Positions 1-12,547 of a stretch of 64,000 bases of DNA are shown piece by piece; within the stretch, counting starts at the first letter, position 1; each line of letters begins with the position of its first letter. The stretch comes from Octopus vulgaris (taxonomy: Eukaryota): positions 103,664,001 through 103,728,000 of the forward strand of contig OX597817.1 in assembly GCA_951406725.2 (NCBI GenBank), in the 5' to 3' direction. The notes under the pieces were generated by a model, which ran no database searches, was not told the DNA's origin, and was given only the letters and a program-made list of their open reading frames with translations. The position numbers were made by a program, and so were the translations under genes.

Positions 1-383
1 ACGGCCACGATCGGATGGTGTTTGTTACGTGCCCAGAGCACGGAAGCCAGTCGATGCGGTACTGGCTACGGCCACGTTCAGATGGTTTTCTTATGTGCCA
101 CCGGCACTGGTACCACAAGGATACAAATTCCATTGATGTTCATCTATTTTGATTTGGTTTGATTTGATTTGATTTTCACTTGCCTCAACAGGTCTTCACA
201 AGTGTCACAAGAAGGAAGGTATGCACAGGTGGACTGACTACATCCCAGGTAGCGGCCACAGGTTATGGCTTCACTAGTCTTGCCGGGTCTTCTCACGCAC
301 AGCATACTTCCATAGGTCTCGGTCTCCAGTCATTTCCATGGTGAGACCTAATGTTCAAAGGTCGTGCTTCACCACCTCGTCCC
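1..383 (-). mobile_element. RTE-clade LINE, 5'-truncated ORF end plus 3' UTR running off the window
   Basis: The minus strand at ~280-383 reads WDEVVKHDL*TLGLTMEMTGDRDLWKYAVREKTRQD*, homologous to the end of the RTE ORF at ~26597-26710 in this window. Confidence 0.8.
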
Positions 384-753
384 GAGGTTGTGTGCTGTCT
401 GTCTCCTACGATTTAGATTCCTAACTACTCCCACATTTTGCGGTGCAGTTTAACCAAAACCGGGTATCTTATAGTCGTGATTCATATCGAGCCCTTCTGA
501 GTATTAGCATGAGTCTACGATTTTAAAAAGAAATTACCATCAATTTTTCCCATTTTTAATGCATTTTTGGCATATATAAGGGAAGTAACTCTCTAAAAAT
601 TTATTATTAAATCTCAGAACGTAAAAAGCTATAGTAACCCCCCCCCTTTTTGTGGTTAGCCATATTGAGATGGCTATTATACTTTACATCTCTAAAAATG
701 CTTATATAGTTATTTCCCTTACAAACCCGAGCAATGCCGGGCGATACTGCTAG
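384..753 (+). mobile_element. Non-autonomous Helitron, 3' portion
   Basis: Subterminal hairpin cccgagcaatgccggg (726-741), then CTAG (750-753) followed by T in a (TA)n run. The terminus gccgggc.atactgctag is shared with the Helitron ending at 58509. Confidence 0.75.
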
Positions 754-974
754 TATATATATATATATATATAAATCAAAGGTAAAAAACATAACAAGCA
801 GGAAAAGGACGATAGCACAACAGCAGCAAACAGGACAAAACAAGATACAGAGATCATTCGCAGCCAATTACTTCTTCAATCAATGTCTGGAATGTCCACA
901 TAGTTTTCGTCCTTCTTGGAATCTGAGCTGGAAGGACAAACAAGGAGACTTTAGACTTCCTCAAAGTTAGCAGA

Positions 975-1375
975 AGGATGGTTCAAAAGGACAGAAAGGA
1001 GCTGGAAGATTCACTATCAGAATGCTGGAATTCATCCAGGAGACCATCAAAAGTGTTCCCAGCAAGTCAGTGTATGCCATTGCATGAGAGGTTTAGAGGA
1101 AAAGCTCACCAGGCTGCTGGTGCATGAGGACATTCATTACTACTCGTACAAAACGAGGATGGAACAATTTATGTCCAAGGCTATGCAGGAAAAGCAACTC
1201 AAGCAGACCAAGAATCTGATCAGTAAGTTGAAACCCCCGCTAGAGCCAGACACCCTATAGTGGTTCTCTAACAAGAGTTTCTGTCAAGACTGGTAGATCA
1301 ACTCCCAGAAAAAACAGGTGGCTTGCTGTCTCACCCAAGCATATGCTAAAGTCATGCAGATGAAATTTCCATGGC
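975..1375 (+). mobile_element. Decayed DD37D (maT-type) Tc1/mariner transposase fragment
   Basis: Translates with stops and frameshifts as LVHEDIHYYSYKTRMEQFMSKAMQEKQLKQTKNLISKLK...WFSNKSFCQD...NRWLAVSPK...VMQMKFP, matching the N-terminal/first-Asp region of maT transposases. Confidence 0.7.
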
Positions 1376-1530
1376 TTAGACATGATGATGATGATGATAA
1401 TGATGATGGGATCAAACCTGGAACAATGTGGTCAGAAAACAAACTTCCTAATCACACAGTTATAATGATGATGATGATGATAATACATATACTTACAGAT
1501 GTCTATCATATATTGCATATATTACTTCAG

Positions 1531-1566
1531 GCCACTTTATCTGGAGGCAATCATCAGACAAGAATG
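1531..1566 (+). CDS. CS-domain gene, 36-nt internal microexon (xHFIWRQSSDKN)
   Basis: Acceptor ttcAG at 1529-1530 and donor GTTTGT at 1567. Phase 1 to phase 1, which joins the next exon in frame. Supplies the aromatic-x-W-x-Q motif that opens CS domains. Confidence 0.6.
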
Positions 1567-1852
1567 GTTTGTGGTTAAAGCTCCAATACATTTCTATGAT
1601 ACACCAATCACTAATCAACCTTCTCTGAGGATTACCTCTAAATATGAAACTTAGAGGAATGCCATGTAAATAATAAAGGGGACCCGAGCTAATATTCATT
1701 ATGAATTTACTCTATTTCATGTTCTGGATGTTTTTCAGTTTGTCAAAATAAATCATTATGTTGGATATACTTGCCAATACAACCCCTGTAGTTATATTTT
1801 TATCTATTTTATATTTTCATGACAATTATAATTTTTTTCTTCTTCTTTTCAG

Positions 1853-1976
1853 TAACTGATGAAAATCATAGACCAGGCTTTGTACAGGTTATATTAGATA
1901 TACCTAATCTGGAACCAATCAAGAAAAAACATCCAAATGCTAAAAATGCCAATGTAATTTATGAATTCCATAAAAG
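1853..1976 (+). CDS. CS-domain gene exon (VTDENHRPGFVQVILDIPNLEPIKKKHPNAKNANVIYEFHKR)
   Basis: Long polypyrimidine tract plus AG at 1851-1852, donor AG|GTTGT at 1977. Phase 1 in, phase 2 out, matching the neighbouring exons. Confidence 0.85.
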
Positions 1977-2277
1977 GTTGTCTTTTAAATTTCCATATTC
2001 TTCATGTTTTTGTATGTCATGTATATGATTAGGTATGTTTTTGTCTATTTCATATTTCTAAAGACTACAGATAACCATTGTCTGAAATATGGATTCAGAA
2101 TTTGAGCATAGAATTTATTAGTTTACTTTAGTTGCTCTAATAGTTCGTTTATTTTAGAGATAATGTTATTGTCTAAGCTTCCTCTCCCTGTTAACTCAAT
2201 TAACGTGACCTGTGATCAAAGGCATTCAAGCCAGATCCATCTTGTTTTTTGTATAACTAGGACTACATTGTCTAATA

Positions 2278-2598
2278 CAGTGGTTCTCAACCATTTTTTG
2301 CCTATGGACCCCTTTGATTACTATTCTATTCTGATGGACCCCCATAGCCATTCAATGTTTAGGAACTAATTTTATAGATACTGCCTTCAAAATTCCTATT
2401 TTGTTTTTTCACACATTCATTTGTGTTGTTTGAAGTATGTAAAACATTTGAGAAAGAAATCTTGCTGTTTCTTGTAATAAATACATCTAAAGCAAAATTT
2501 TTTCATAGACCATAAATATATTACTGTGTATCTCCAATTTACTATTTTGCTTGTGTGGACCCCTAAACATCTATGTGACTCCTGATTGAGAGCCACTG
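2278..2598. mobile_element. hAT-family MITE
   Basis: TIRs CAGTGGTTCTCAA...TTGAGAGCCACTG with an 8-bp TSD gtctaata / atctaata (7/8 match). Confidence 0.85.
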
Positions 2599-2742
2599 AT
2601 CTAATATGTCTGTTTCTTGCAGGTCAAGCAAACAACCCACATAGTGTTTCCTTATTCTACAACTGATATGTATATTATGCATAATAACTAACTTCCATTT
2701 CCCATTCTGTGTTATAGAGACTGTGCATTCATTTTGCAGATA

Positions 2743-2950
2743 TTCTTTTACTTGTTTCAGTCATTTGACTGCAGCCATGCTGGAGCACCACCTCAAAAGG
2801 TTTTAGTTGAAGAAATCGACCCTGAAATTTATTCTTTGTAAGCCTAGTACTTATTCTATCGGTCTCTTTGGCCGAACTGCTAAGTTACGGAGACATAAAC
2901 ACACCAGCATCAGTTGTCAAGCAATGGCAGGGTGACAAACAGACACAAAG
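2743..2950 (-). mobile_element. tRNA-derived SINE family A, 3' half
   Basis: Reverse complement of the 3' half of the SINEs at 38348 and 58551 (tail cagtcaaatgactgaaacaagtaaaaga). Confidence 0.85.
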
Positions 2951-3969
2951 ACACAGACTCATAGTTACACACACACAACACACGCACACACATACACACA
3001 CACAACACACGCACACACATACACACACACAACACACGCACACACATACACACACACATATGCACCTAAAATATTAACGTCACTGACTATTCTTGCAGTA
3101 ATCTATGAATTGAGTATCTGCATACATTCCTCATCACAAGCCTGTTATATGTGGTTCTCTTTCATCATCTGCTGTTTAATTCCAGAGCAGCCATCAACAG
3201 ACTTATCTGTTATGAAAGGCATTTAACCATGACCATCCTGTCTTATATTTAGACACACTGCATCTAGAAATGCATTAACCAGTGTATCTTTTATTTTTTA
3301 AGCTGGTATAAGAAAGCTGTGGCTGCTAATCCGTATTTCCACTGCTATATATTATAAACAGATGAGCTGAGTTGATAACTTTTAAGAGGTCCTCTCAAAC
3401 TACAAGAAATCTCTCAAGAACTGCAACCAATGATGTTAAAAAAGACAGGACATACTAGATATACTATATCTGATAAAAGATGAGGGATCTACTGAACCAA
3501 AGTTAACTTTGGGTCAAACATAAAAAAAGACATTATAAGCAAGAATTTTCAATGACTGCAGTTTACCATGTAATTCAATTGCCAAATTTCTTTTGCATTG
3601 TTAGACTTTCAAAACACCAACATAGAACATGTATTTTACAGTTTTAATATCATTGTAGTCATAATCTCTAGACACTTGCAAATATATCTATTTGAATAGT
3701 AAATGATGTTCATATGCGCACACACACACACACATCAAACTGCTCAAATCCAAGTTGTTAAAATAAAATTATAACAGAACAATACTATCTCCTATGAACT
3801 ATATGTTCTTTTAAATTTGTGCCTCTTTAGTCCTGTTGAATGTAAAAAAAACCTTGTTTGTTTCCAGTTTTCCATGTAAAACATGTTAAACGTTTTGCTG
3901 TTTGCTAAACTGGGTGATTATTTCCTTACTTGGTAACAAGTAGGGTTGGTGATTGTTGCAGGATGCATG

Positions 3970-6322
3970 GTTGCTCTTAAATACAAAGACCCTCCCTGAT
4001 GAAGAATATACCACCCAGCATAGACTTGTCATTAGCGACTTTAGACTCCAAGAAGCAGACCAATATGGAAAAGAAAGATTTGGAAGCTTTAGGACTCTTC
4101 ATATGGTCAGAGATTTAGGAATATCCTAATTGAGAAATTTGATGTGAGGTAGGAGGAGCTACAAACTTGTGACATAGAGGGCAACTGGGAATTCCTGTGA
4201 GACAGCTTGCTGAGTGCCACAGACCAAATCTGTGGCTGGTGCAAAGTCCCTTCCAAACCCAGGGTAACTTGGTGGTAGAACAATACAGTAGAGCAAATAA
4301 AAAGGCCTAGAGGTGTGAGGTAGCAGGGAATTGTGTCAGATAGCCGGAAGGGAAGCTAGGAGACAGGTATATCTAGCCAAGGGAGAAGCAGAAAGGAAGA
4401 AGTTTGCCTATATTCAGTGTTGTGATGACCAAAGAACTGAAGTATTTTGGATTGCAAGACAGTGTGATGTCATAGGACATCAAAAATTGTGATGTCATAG
4501 GAAAGAAATGTGTCTGCATGGATGATGGTGCACTTGCTTTTAATGAGTCTTTAAAGAAAGAGGCTTGGAGATGCCATTATGAAAGACTGTTGAACATGGA
4601 GAATGAATGAAAGGATGTTGATCTAAATGAAGGACCATCTACGCCCGAAACGACAGTACCCTGGTAGATAAAGCAATTATGGATATGAAGACAGGGAAAG
4701 CCCCCGGCCCATCAGGAATCACTGCTGAGATGGTCTAGTCACTCGTATTGTAAATCATGTGGTTCATGAAAGAGTCATACCCAATGTTTGGTGTAGCAGC
4801 ACCATAGTTAACTACTACAAAGGTAAAGGTGATGCCTTAGATAAAAGTAATTACAGAGGTATCAAATTGTTGGATCAGGTGATGAAGGTTGCAGAGAGAG
4901 TCATAGCCCAACTAATTAGAGGAAGAATTAGTCTAGATGAGATGCAGTTTGGTTTTATGCCAGGGAGAAGCACCATTGGTGCTATATTTCTAGTAAGGCA
5001 ACTGCACGAGAAATAAATAGCCAAAGATAAACCTCTGTACTTGGCTTTTGTGGACTTGGAAAAAGCATTTGACAGAGTCCCTCAGTCCCTTATCTGGTGG
5101 TCAATGTGAAAACTAGGGATAGACAAGTGGTTGGTGAGAGCTGTACAAGCCTTGTGCAGGGACACTACAAGTAACGTGAGGGTGGGCAATGAGTACAGCA
5201 AAGAATTCAGGGTAGAAGTAGGGGTTCATCAAGGATCGGTGCTCAGCCCCACCTCTTGTTCATAGTTCTCCAAACAATAACAGAGGAATTCGAGACAGGC
5301 TGCCCCTAGGAGCTCCTCTATGCTGATGACCTTGCTCTTATAGCTGTCACTACTTGAACTAGAGAAGAAGTTTCAGGTATGGAAGTAAGGTCTAGAATCA
5401 AAAGGTCTTAGAGTTAACCTAGCAAAAACCATTGTAAGTCATTGTAAGTAGAAAGGTAAACAAATCACAAATCCCTTCAGGTAAATGGCCCTGCTCAAGC
5501 TGTAGAAAAAGTGTAGGTAGAAACTCCATAAAATGTAACCAGTGTAAGCTTTGGACACATAAAAGGTGCAGTATCATCAGAGGAAGGTTACCAGGGAAAT
5601 TAACTTCTGTATGTGGAAGGTGCACAGGTACAATAAACACTGAAAATAGGTGAAAATAGACTCCATCAACTGCCAGGGCGGCAAGCCAAGGGTAGTAGAT
5701 AGCATCTGTTATCTAGGTGACCAAGTTAGTAGAGGAGGTGGATGCTCTGAGAGTGTAGCTGTGAGAATAAGATTAGGCTGGGCAAAGTTCAGAGAGCTCC
5801 TACCCCTGCTGGCAACAAAGGGCCTCTCTCTCAGAGTGAAAGGCAGATTGTATAATGCTTGTGTGTAAACAGCTATGCCGCATGGCAGTGAAACATGGGC
5901 TGTAACAGCCTAGGACATAAATAGGCTTGAAAGAAATGAAGCCAGTATGCTTTGCTGGATGTGCAATGTCAGTGTATATGTCCAACAGAGTGTAAGCATC
6001 TTGAGAGAAAAATTAGGCATAAGAAGAATCAGATGTGGTGTTCAAGAGAGACGACTGTGCTGGTATTGCAGTCACAAAAATTGGCACCCATGCCAGTGTC
6101 ATTTAAATGCATCCTGGTGTCACACAAATGGCACCTGTGCTGGTGGCACATAAAAGCACCCATTACACTCTTGGAGTGGTTGGTGTTAGGAAGGGTATCC
6201 AGCCATAGAAAACCATGCCAAATCAGACTGGAGTCTGGTGCAGCCTTCCAACGTGCCAGCCCAGTCAAACTGTCCAACTCATGCCAGCATGGACAAAGGA
6301 CGTTAAATGATGATGATGATGA
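3970..6322 (+). mobile_element. RTE-clade LINE, decayed and 5'-truncated
   Basis: RT motifs YRGIKLL, QFGFMPGRST, FVDLEKAFD, HQGSVLSP and LLYADD, with many stops. Cys-rich insert at ~5485-5625. 3' UTR ends in (GAT)n at ~6308-6322. Confidence 0.92.
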
Positions 6323-6992
6323 TATGTATGTGTGTGCACGTGTCTTTGCATCTTGTACATATCTATGTGATTGTAACCATACATGAATGGGTGCCTAGTG
6401 TCAATAGAATTCTGTTTCTTGTTCAAAAATGTGCTCTATTAGAAAAATTGAAATAATTAAAAAGTGGACAAAAATTTATATAAAAGGGAGAATAGCAGCT
6501 CTAAGTAGTAAAACTAACCAATAACATTAAACAATGGTATCAGCACCCTGGTTATATTTCATACCCTAAATAAATACGTTAAAATTTACCAACTGTAACC
6601 AATGAATGACACTGTTCCACTGTACTTTCACATAGCAGAAATGTGTAGTGTGCCAATAATTGAAAATTTTACCTGTTCAGCAGTGAAATGCAGTTTACTT
6701 TACATGAGATGATGAGCCAAAAGTATTTTTTTTAATTCATGCAAATTATAATCTTAATGAGAAAAAAAAATGTTACTAGCATTAATTCAAAATTTATTCT
6801 CCTGAAGAGATAAGGATGAGAACGAAGAGAGAGTGTTAGTTGTTCACTTATATAAAAAGCAACTTACACTCTTGTATTATCTAGGTTTTGAGCAAAGAAT
6901 AGATATGACATGGGTGTAAGTTATCAAATCAATCGTTTAATTGTATCTGACACTATCCATGATACAAATATATTTTGATATATAACTGCACT

Positions 6993-7190
6993 AAGGTGGC
7001 TAGCTGGCAGAATCATTAACACACCAGTAAAACACTTAGCAACACTTCAACCATCTTTCTATTCTGAGTTCAAATGCTGCCGTTCATTCTTTTAAAGTTG
7101 TTAAAATAAGTAACAGTTGATCACTGAGGTCGACATAATCGACTTAGCTGCTCCTCTGAATTTGCTAGCCTCATGCCAAAATTTGAAACC
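6993..7190 (+). mobile_element. SINE family B (MetaSINE-like), degraded copy
   Basis: Head agctggcagaatc, B-box-like gagttcaaat, and the gtcga...atcgac segment shared with the copy at 21056. Confidence 0.7.
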
Positions 7191-8152
7191 CACATAAACT
7201 GCTTTAGAAACATATTTCATGTACTTGAAAGATCACAAGTTAAACCATATAATTGGCTCATATATCAGAAGGGAGATAATCTCTCCATTTCTGCTTTAAA
7301 AAAATTGATATTTTGTGGTACAGTATTGTGATATATAATACTTAAAAAATGATATAGTGGCTACAACATCAGTATTGGATAAGCAAAAGTCACAATGATG
7401 CTTTTGAAAAGTATGTATAAAACAGTTATAACAAACTATGGATATGGTAAAACAAGTCACCCTCTCCTTTTTAGCTATGCTAGTAACTCAGTGGTCAAAG
7501 AGAATTCAATATCATACTAAACACCTCTTTCTAAAATGTAAATTTTCATCATCATCAAACATCTGCCTTCCATGTTGGTATGGTACTGGTAAGCTGTAGG
7601 ACTGCACCAAGCTCCAATGGTTTCTACAGCTGGATACCCTTCCTAATGCCAACCACTTCACAAAGTGTATTGGGTGTTCTTTTCATGCCATTGGCACTGA
7701 GGAGTTTGCCATGTAAGTAACAGGACAGAAAAGAACAGGGGAAAAAGTTTAGAGAAAAGCTCCCACTACTAAGAGGAAGTATCTAGGAGGTGGAGGTGGG
7801 TGCTTTTGTGGCAAGTATTTGAAAGACTAAACTATGATTGAGAGGCAAGTACATGTGTCATACTATGAGAGGAGATACATTAGGATGGAGTTTTAAGGAA
7901 CAAGAAGGTGAACATAAAACAGGATATGCGCAGTGGATCATAGGAGGGGGCTGAGAGAATGGATGCTTTCATAAGACTGTGAGTGGGGACTAAACAGGTC
8001 GAGGTAGAGGTTAATGTAGCAAGTGAATTTTTATATTTGTATTTTTGTTGCCATTTTTTTATTTGCATTTGTTGTTTTAATTTAAGCAAATTTAAACCTA
8101 TACACTCACTCACACACAATTTTTTGTCTCAACTATGAAATATTTTTCACAG

Positions 8153-8264
8153 ATCTATGTGCATCACAATTAATGGAAACAAAGGAAAGTTACTGAACAA
8201 AAAGTATCAACTCAATATCAAAAAGCTACCAGGTGATATAGAAGAAAATACTTCTCATATTAAG
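8153..8264 (+). CDS. CS-domain gene exon (SMCITINGNKGKLLNKKYQLNIKKLPGDIEENTSHIK)
   Basis: Acceptor tttttcacAG at 8151-8152, donor AAG|GTAGAT at 8265. 112 nt, phase 2 in, phase 0 out, open frame. Carries the Y-x-L-x-I-x-x-L-P-x-x-I-x4-S-x-x-K pattern of CS domains. Confidence 0.88.
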
Positions 8265-8851
8265 GTAGATAAATATTATTTAAAACAATTACTGGTTTGC
8301 ACCAAGTTTTCTCTCAATTAACTCTCCCCTTCAGTTTTTTGCTACATGTCACTTTACATTAAATTTTTACATGCAACTTTGCATTTTAAGTGATATAAAC
8401 AGAAGTGCATGAATAAATAAAACAGTTAAGACTATATTTCATAACCTGAGGGTAGGAGGTAAAGTTGATTTTTTTTTTTTAACAAAATATAACTATATTG
8501 TTTTTACAAAGTTGTTATTGTGCTGAAAAAATGCTATGTTAATTACATTTACTTAAATTTTGAAATTATATATGCTTACCTTACATAGTTTGTACCAAAG
8601 TTTGATAGATCTAATCATTGGATCCTACCTATCTTGTGATTTGATTGTTTTCTGCTAAAAGAATACTTTATAAAGAGGTTAAAGTAGCGAATTAGTTAAG
8701 TTATCAGAACATTCAATAAAATATTTTGCCAGTATTTGTTTCCATACTCTGCAGTGTGATTTCAAACCATATTGTGGTCAACTTTGCCTTTTCATCTTTT
8801 TAGTAGTAGTAAATAAAGTCAATTTACTCTGCCTGCCAGTCTGCCTCCCTG

Positions 8852-8892
<41 letters not shown>

Positions 8893-10049
8893 CATTCTCT
8901 TAGACTCAGCTATATTGCACCATGAGAAGAGCTGTGAGAGAGCACTCACAACATCCGTCTTCAGAAATAGCAAATGTTTGAGCAAGGGGCTGATAACTTC
9001 TTCACCCAGCAAAACTGACATGCTAGTGAAATCAACCAAAGATGACCCAGTATGGCATGAAATGGCAATAATATAATAATAAATTATTATATTTTATATA
9101 GATTATGTTCCTTCTATAATACTTCTTAACCCTAACACTCCTATTCTCTCTCCTATTCACCCTTTCACTCATAGAGATTCTTTTGTCTTGTAAGTGACAA
9201 GATAAACTCCATTAGCACTACTGGTGTCACAAAAAAGCATCCAGAACACTCTCTAAAGTGGGTGGCTTTTTGGTCTTGTCAGTTATAAGGTAATCTCACT
9301 AGTGCTTGTGCTACAAAAAACAATGCACCCAGTACACTTTGTAAAGTGTTTGTATTAGGAAGAACATCCAGCAACAGAAGCCTATCAAAATTAAGACATT
9401 GGTGTGATATACATAGCCCTCCAACACATTGGATCCTGCCAAACTATCCTGCTCATACCAGCATGGAAACTGTATAAACTGTATGTAAAAAAAATATGAT
9501 GATGGCAAAGCAGAGGAAGAGGAGGAGCAAAGTTTTCATCAATGAGTTATGAAAACTGGATCTTGAAGCTTATGTTTTATTGTGTAATTGTATAACATTA
9601 ATGCAAATATTAGCATGAAACTGCTGTTGAACAGGTTTATTGTTTCTGGCCAGGATATTTTATTCTATATTATCTCAGTTCATTTGGTTGTTTGGACTAT
9701 GTGTCAGAGCTTCTGGGAAAGTTACCTTTGATAGTCTGGTATTACCATCTAGAGGAGATGTGTTTCTCATCCACTTCATGTTACACTATTTTGAAAGGTA
9801 AAAATTAGTGGTTTTCGTTTGTGAAAAAAACAAAAAAAACAATAAAAATTTTGTGAAACTACTTAACAATTCGTCTCTGTCAGTTTCAGTTATGAGTTGT
9901 TGAATTAACTGAGTTACCTCCTCATTGAATAAATGCACAAGTGGCTGAGTGCTTTTATGGCAGCAATAAAAGTAAGGAAACAGGCAAACCTGAAATTCTT
10001 TGTCATTTAATTTAGTGTAGTTTACATAGTTTTCTTTACAACATAATCT

Positions 10050-12547
10050 GTAATGGACATGAGTGTAATACAGTTTAGGTAATGGACATGAGTGTAATAG
10101 AGTTTAGGTAATGGACATGAGTGTAATACAATTTTGGTAACGGACATGAGTGTAATACAGTTTAGGTAACGGACATGAATGTAATACAGTTTAGGTAATG
10201 GACATGAATGTAATACAGTTTAGGTAATGGACATGAATGTAATACAGTTTAGGTAATGGACATGAATGTAATACAGTTTAGGTAATGGACATGAATGTAA
10301 TACAGTTTAGGTAATGGACATGAGTGTAATACAGTTTAGGTAATGGACATGAATGTAATACAGTTTAGGTAATGGACATGAATGTAATACAGTTTAGGTA
10401 ATGGACATGAATGTAATACAGTTTAGGTAATGGACATGAGTGTAATACAGTTTAGGTAATGGACATGAATGTAATACAGTTTAGGTAATGGACATGAATG
10501 TAATACAGTTTAGGTAATGGACATGAATGTAATACAGTTTAGGTAATGGACATGAATGTAATACAGTTTAGGTAATGGACATGAATGTAATACAGTTTAG
10601 GTAATGGACATGAGTGTAATACAGTTTAGGTAATGGACATGAATGTAATACAGTTTAGGTAATGGACATGAGTGTAATACAGTTTAGGTAATGGACATGA
10701 ATGTAATACAGTTTAGGTAATGGACATGAATGTAATACAGTTTAGGTAATGGACATGAATGTAATACAGTTTAGGTAATGGACATGAATGTAATACAGTT
10801 TAGGTAATGGACATGAATGTAATACAGTTTAGGTAATGGACATGAATGTAATAAAGTTTAGGTAATGGACATGAATGTAATACAGTTTAGGTAACGGACA
10901 TGAATGTAATACAGTTTAGGTAATGGACATGAATGTAATACAGTTTAGGTAATGGACATGAATGTAATACAGTTTAGGTAATGGACATGAGTGTAATACA
11001 GTTTAGGTAAGGTAACGGACATGAATGTAATACAGTTTAGGTAATGGACATGAATGTAATACAGTTTAGGTAATGGACATGAATGTAATACAATTTAGGT
11101 AATGGACATGAGTGTAATACAGTTTAGGTAATGGACATGAATGTAATACAGTTTAGGTAATGGACATGAATGTAATACAGTTTAGGTAATGGACATGGAT
11201 GTAATACAGTTTAGGTAATGGACATGAATGTAATACAGTTTAGGTAATGGACATGAGTGTAATACAGTTTAGGTAACGGACATGAATGTAATACAGTTTA
11301 GGTAATGGACATGAATGTAATACAATTTAGGTAATGGACATGAGTGTAATACAGTTTAGGTAATGGACATGAATGTAATACAGTTTAGGTAATGGACATG
11401 AATGTAATACAGTTTAGGTAATGGACATGAATGTAATACAGTTTAGGTAATGGACATGAATGTAATACAGTTTAGGTAATGGACATGAGTGTAATACAGT
11501 TTAGGTAACGGACATGAATGTAATACAGTTTAGGTAATGGACATGAATGTAATACAGTTTAGGTAATGGACATGAATGTAATACAGTTTAGGTAATGGAC
11601 ATGAATGTAATACAGTTTAGGTAATGGACATGAGTGTAATACAGTTTAGGTAATGGACATGAATGTAATACAGTTTAGGTATTGGACATGAATGTAATAC
11701 AGTTTAGGTAATGGACATGAATGTAATACAGTTTAGGTAATAGACATGAGTGTAATACAGTTTAGGTAACGGACATGAGTGTAATACAGTTTAGGTATTG
11801 GACATGAATGTAATACAGTTTAGGTAATGAACATGAGTGTAATACAGTTTAGGTAATGAACATGAGTGTAATACAGTTTAGGTATTGGACATGAACGTAA
11901 TACAGTTTAGGTAATGGACATGAGTGTAATACAGTTTAGGTAACGGACATGAATGTAATACAGTTTAGGTAATGGACATGAGTGTAATACAGTTTAGGTA
12001 ATGGACATGAATGTAATACAGTTTAGGTAATGGACATGAATGTAATACAGTTTAGGTAATAGACATGAATGTAATACAGTTTAGGTAATGGACATGAATG
12101 TAATACAGTTTAGGTAATGGACATGAGTGTAATACAGTTTAGGTAACGGACATGAATGTAATACAGTTTAGGTAATGGACATGAGTGTAATACAGTTTAG
12201 GTAATGGACATGAATGTAATACAGTTTAGGTAATAGACATGAATGTAATACAGTTTAGGTAATGGACATGAATGTAATACAGTTTAGGTAATGGACATGA
12301 GTGTAATACAGTTTAGGTAACGGACATGAATGTAATACAGTTTAGGTAATGGACATGAGTGTAATACAGTTTAGATAATGGACATGAATGTAATACAGTT
12401 TAGGTAATGGACATGAGTGTAATACAGTTTAGGTAACGGACATGAGTGTAATACAGTTTAGGTAACGGACATGAGTGTAATACAGTTTAGGTAATGGACA
12501 TGAGTGTAATACAGTTTAGGTAATAGACATGAGTGTAATACAGTTTA
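10050..12547. repeat. 29-bp tandem satellite, ~86 copies, unit GTAATGGACATGAATGTAATACAGTTTAG
   Basis: Directly visible head-to-tail array with few variant sites (gaAtgt/gaGtgt, aaTgg/aaCgg) and one short ggtaa duplication near 11010. Confidence 0.98.

Noticed and set aside
1499-1530. ATG at 1499 as the start codon of the CS gene
   Set aside because: It is out of frame with the HFIWRQ reading.
10050-12547. 29-bp repeat as a CRISPR array or coding repeat
   Set aside because: Units are contiguous with no unique spacers, there are no cas genes, the context is eukaryotic, and the ORF track shows no ORF across it.
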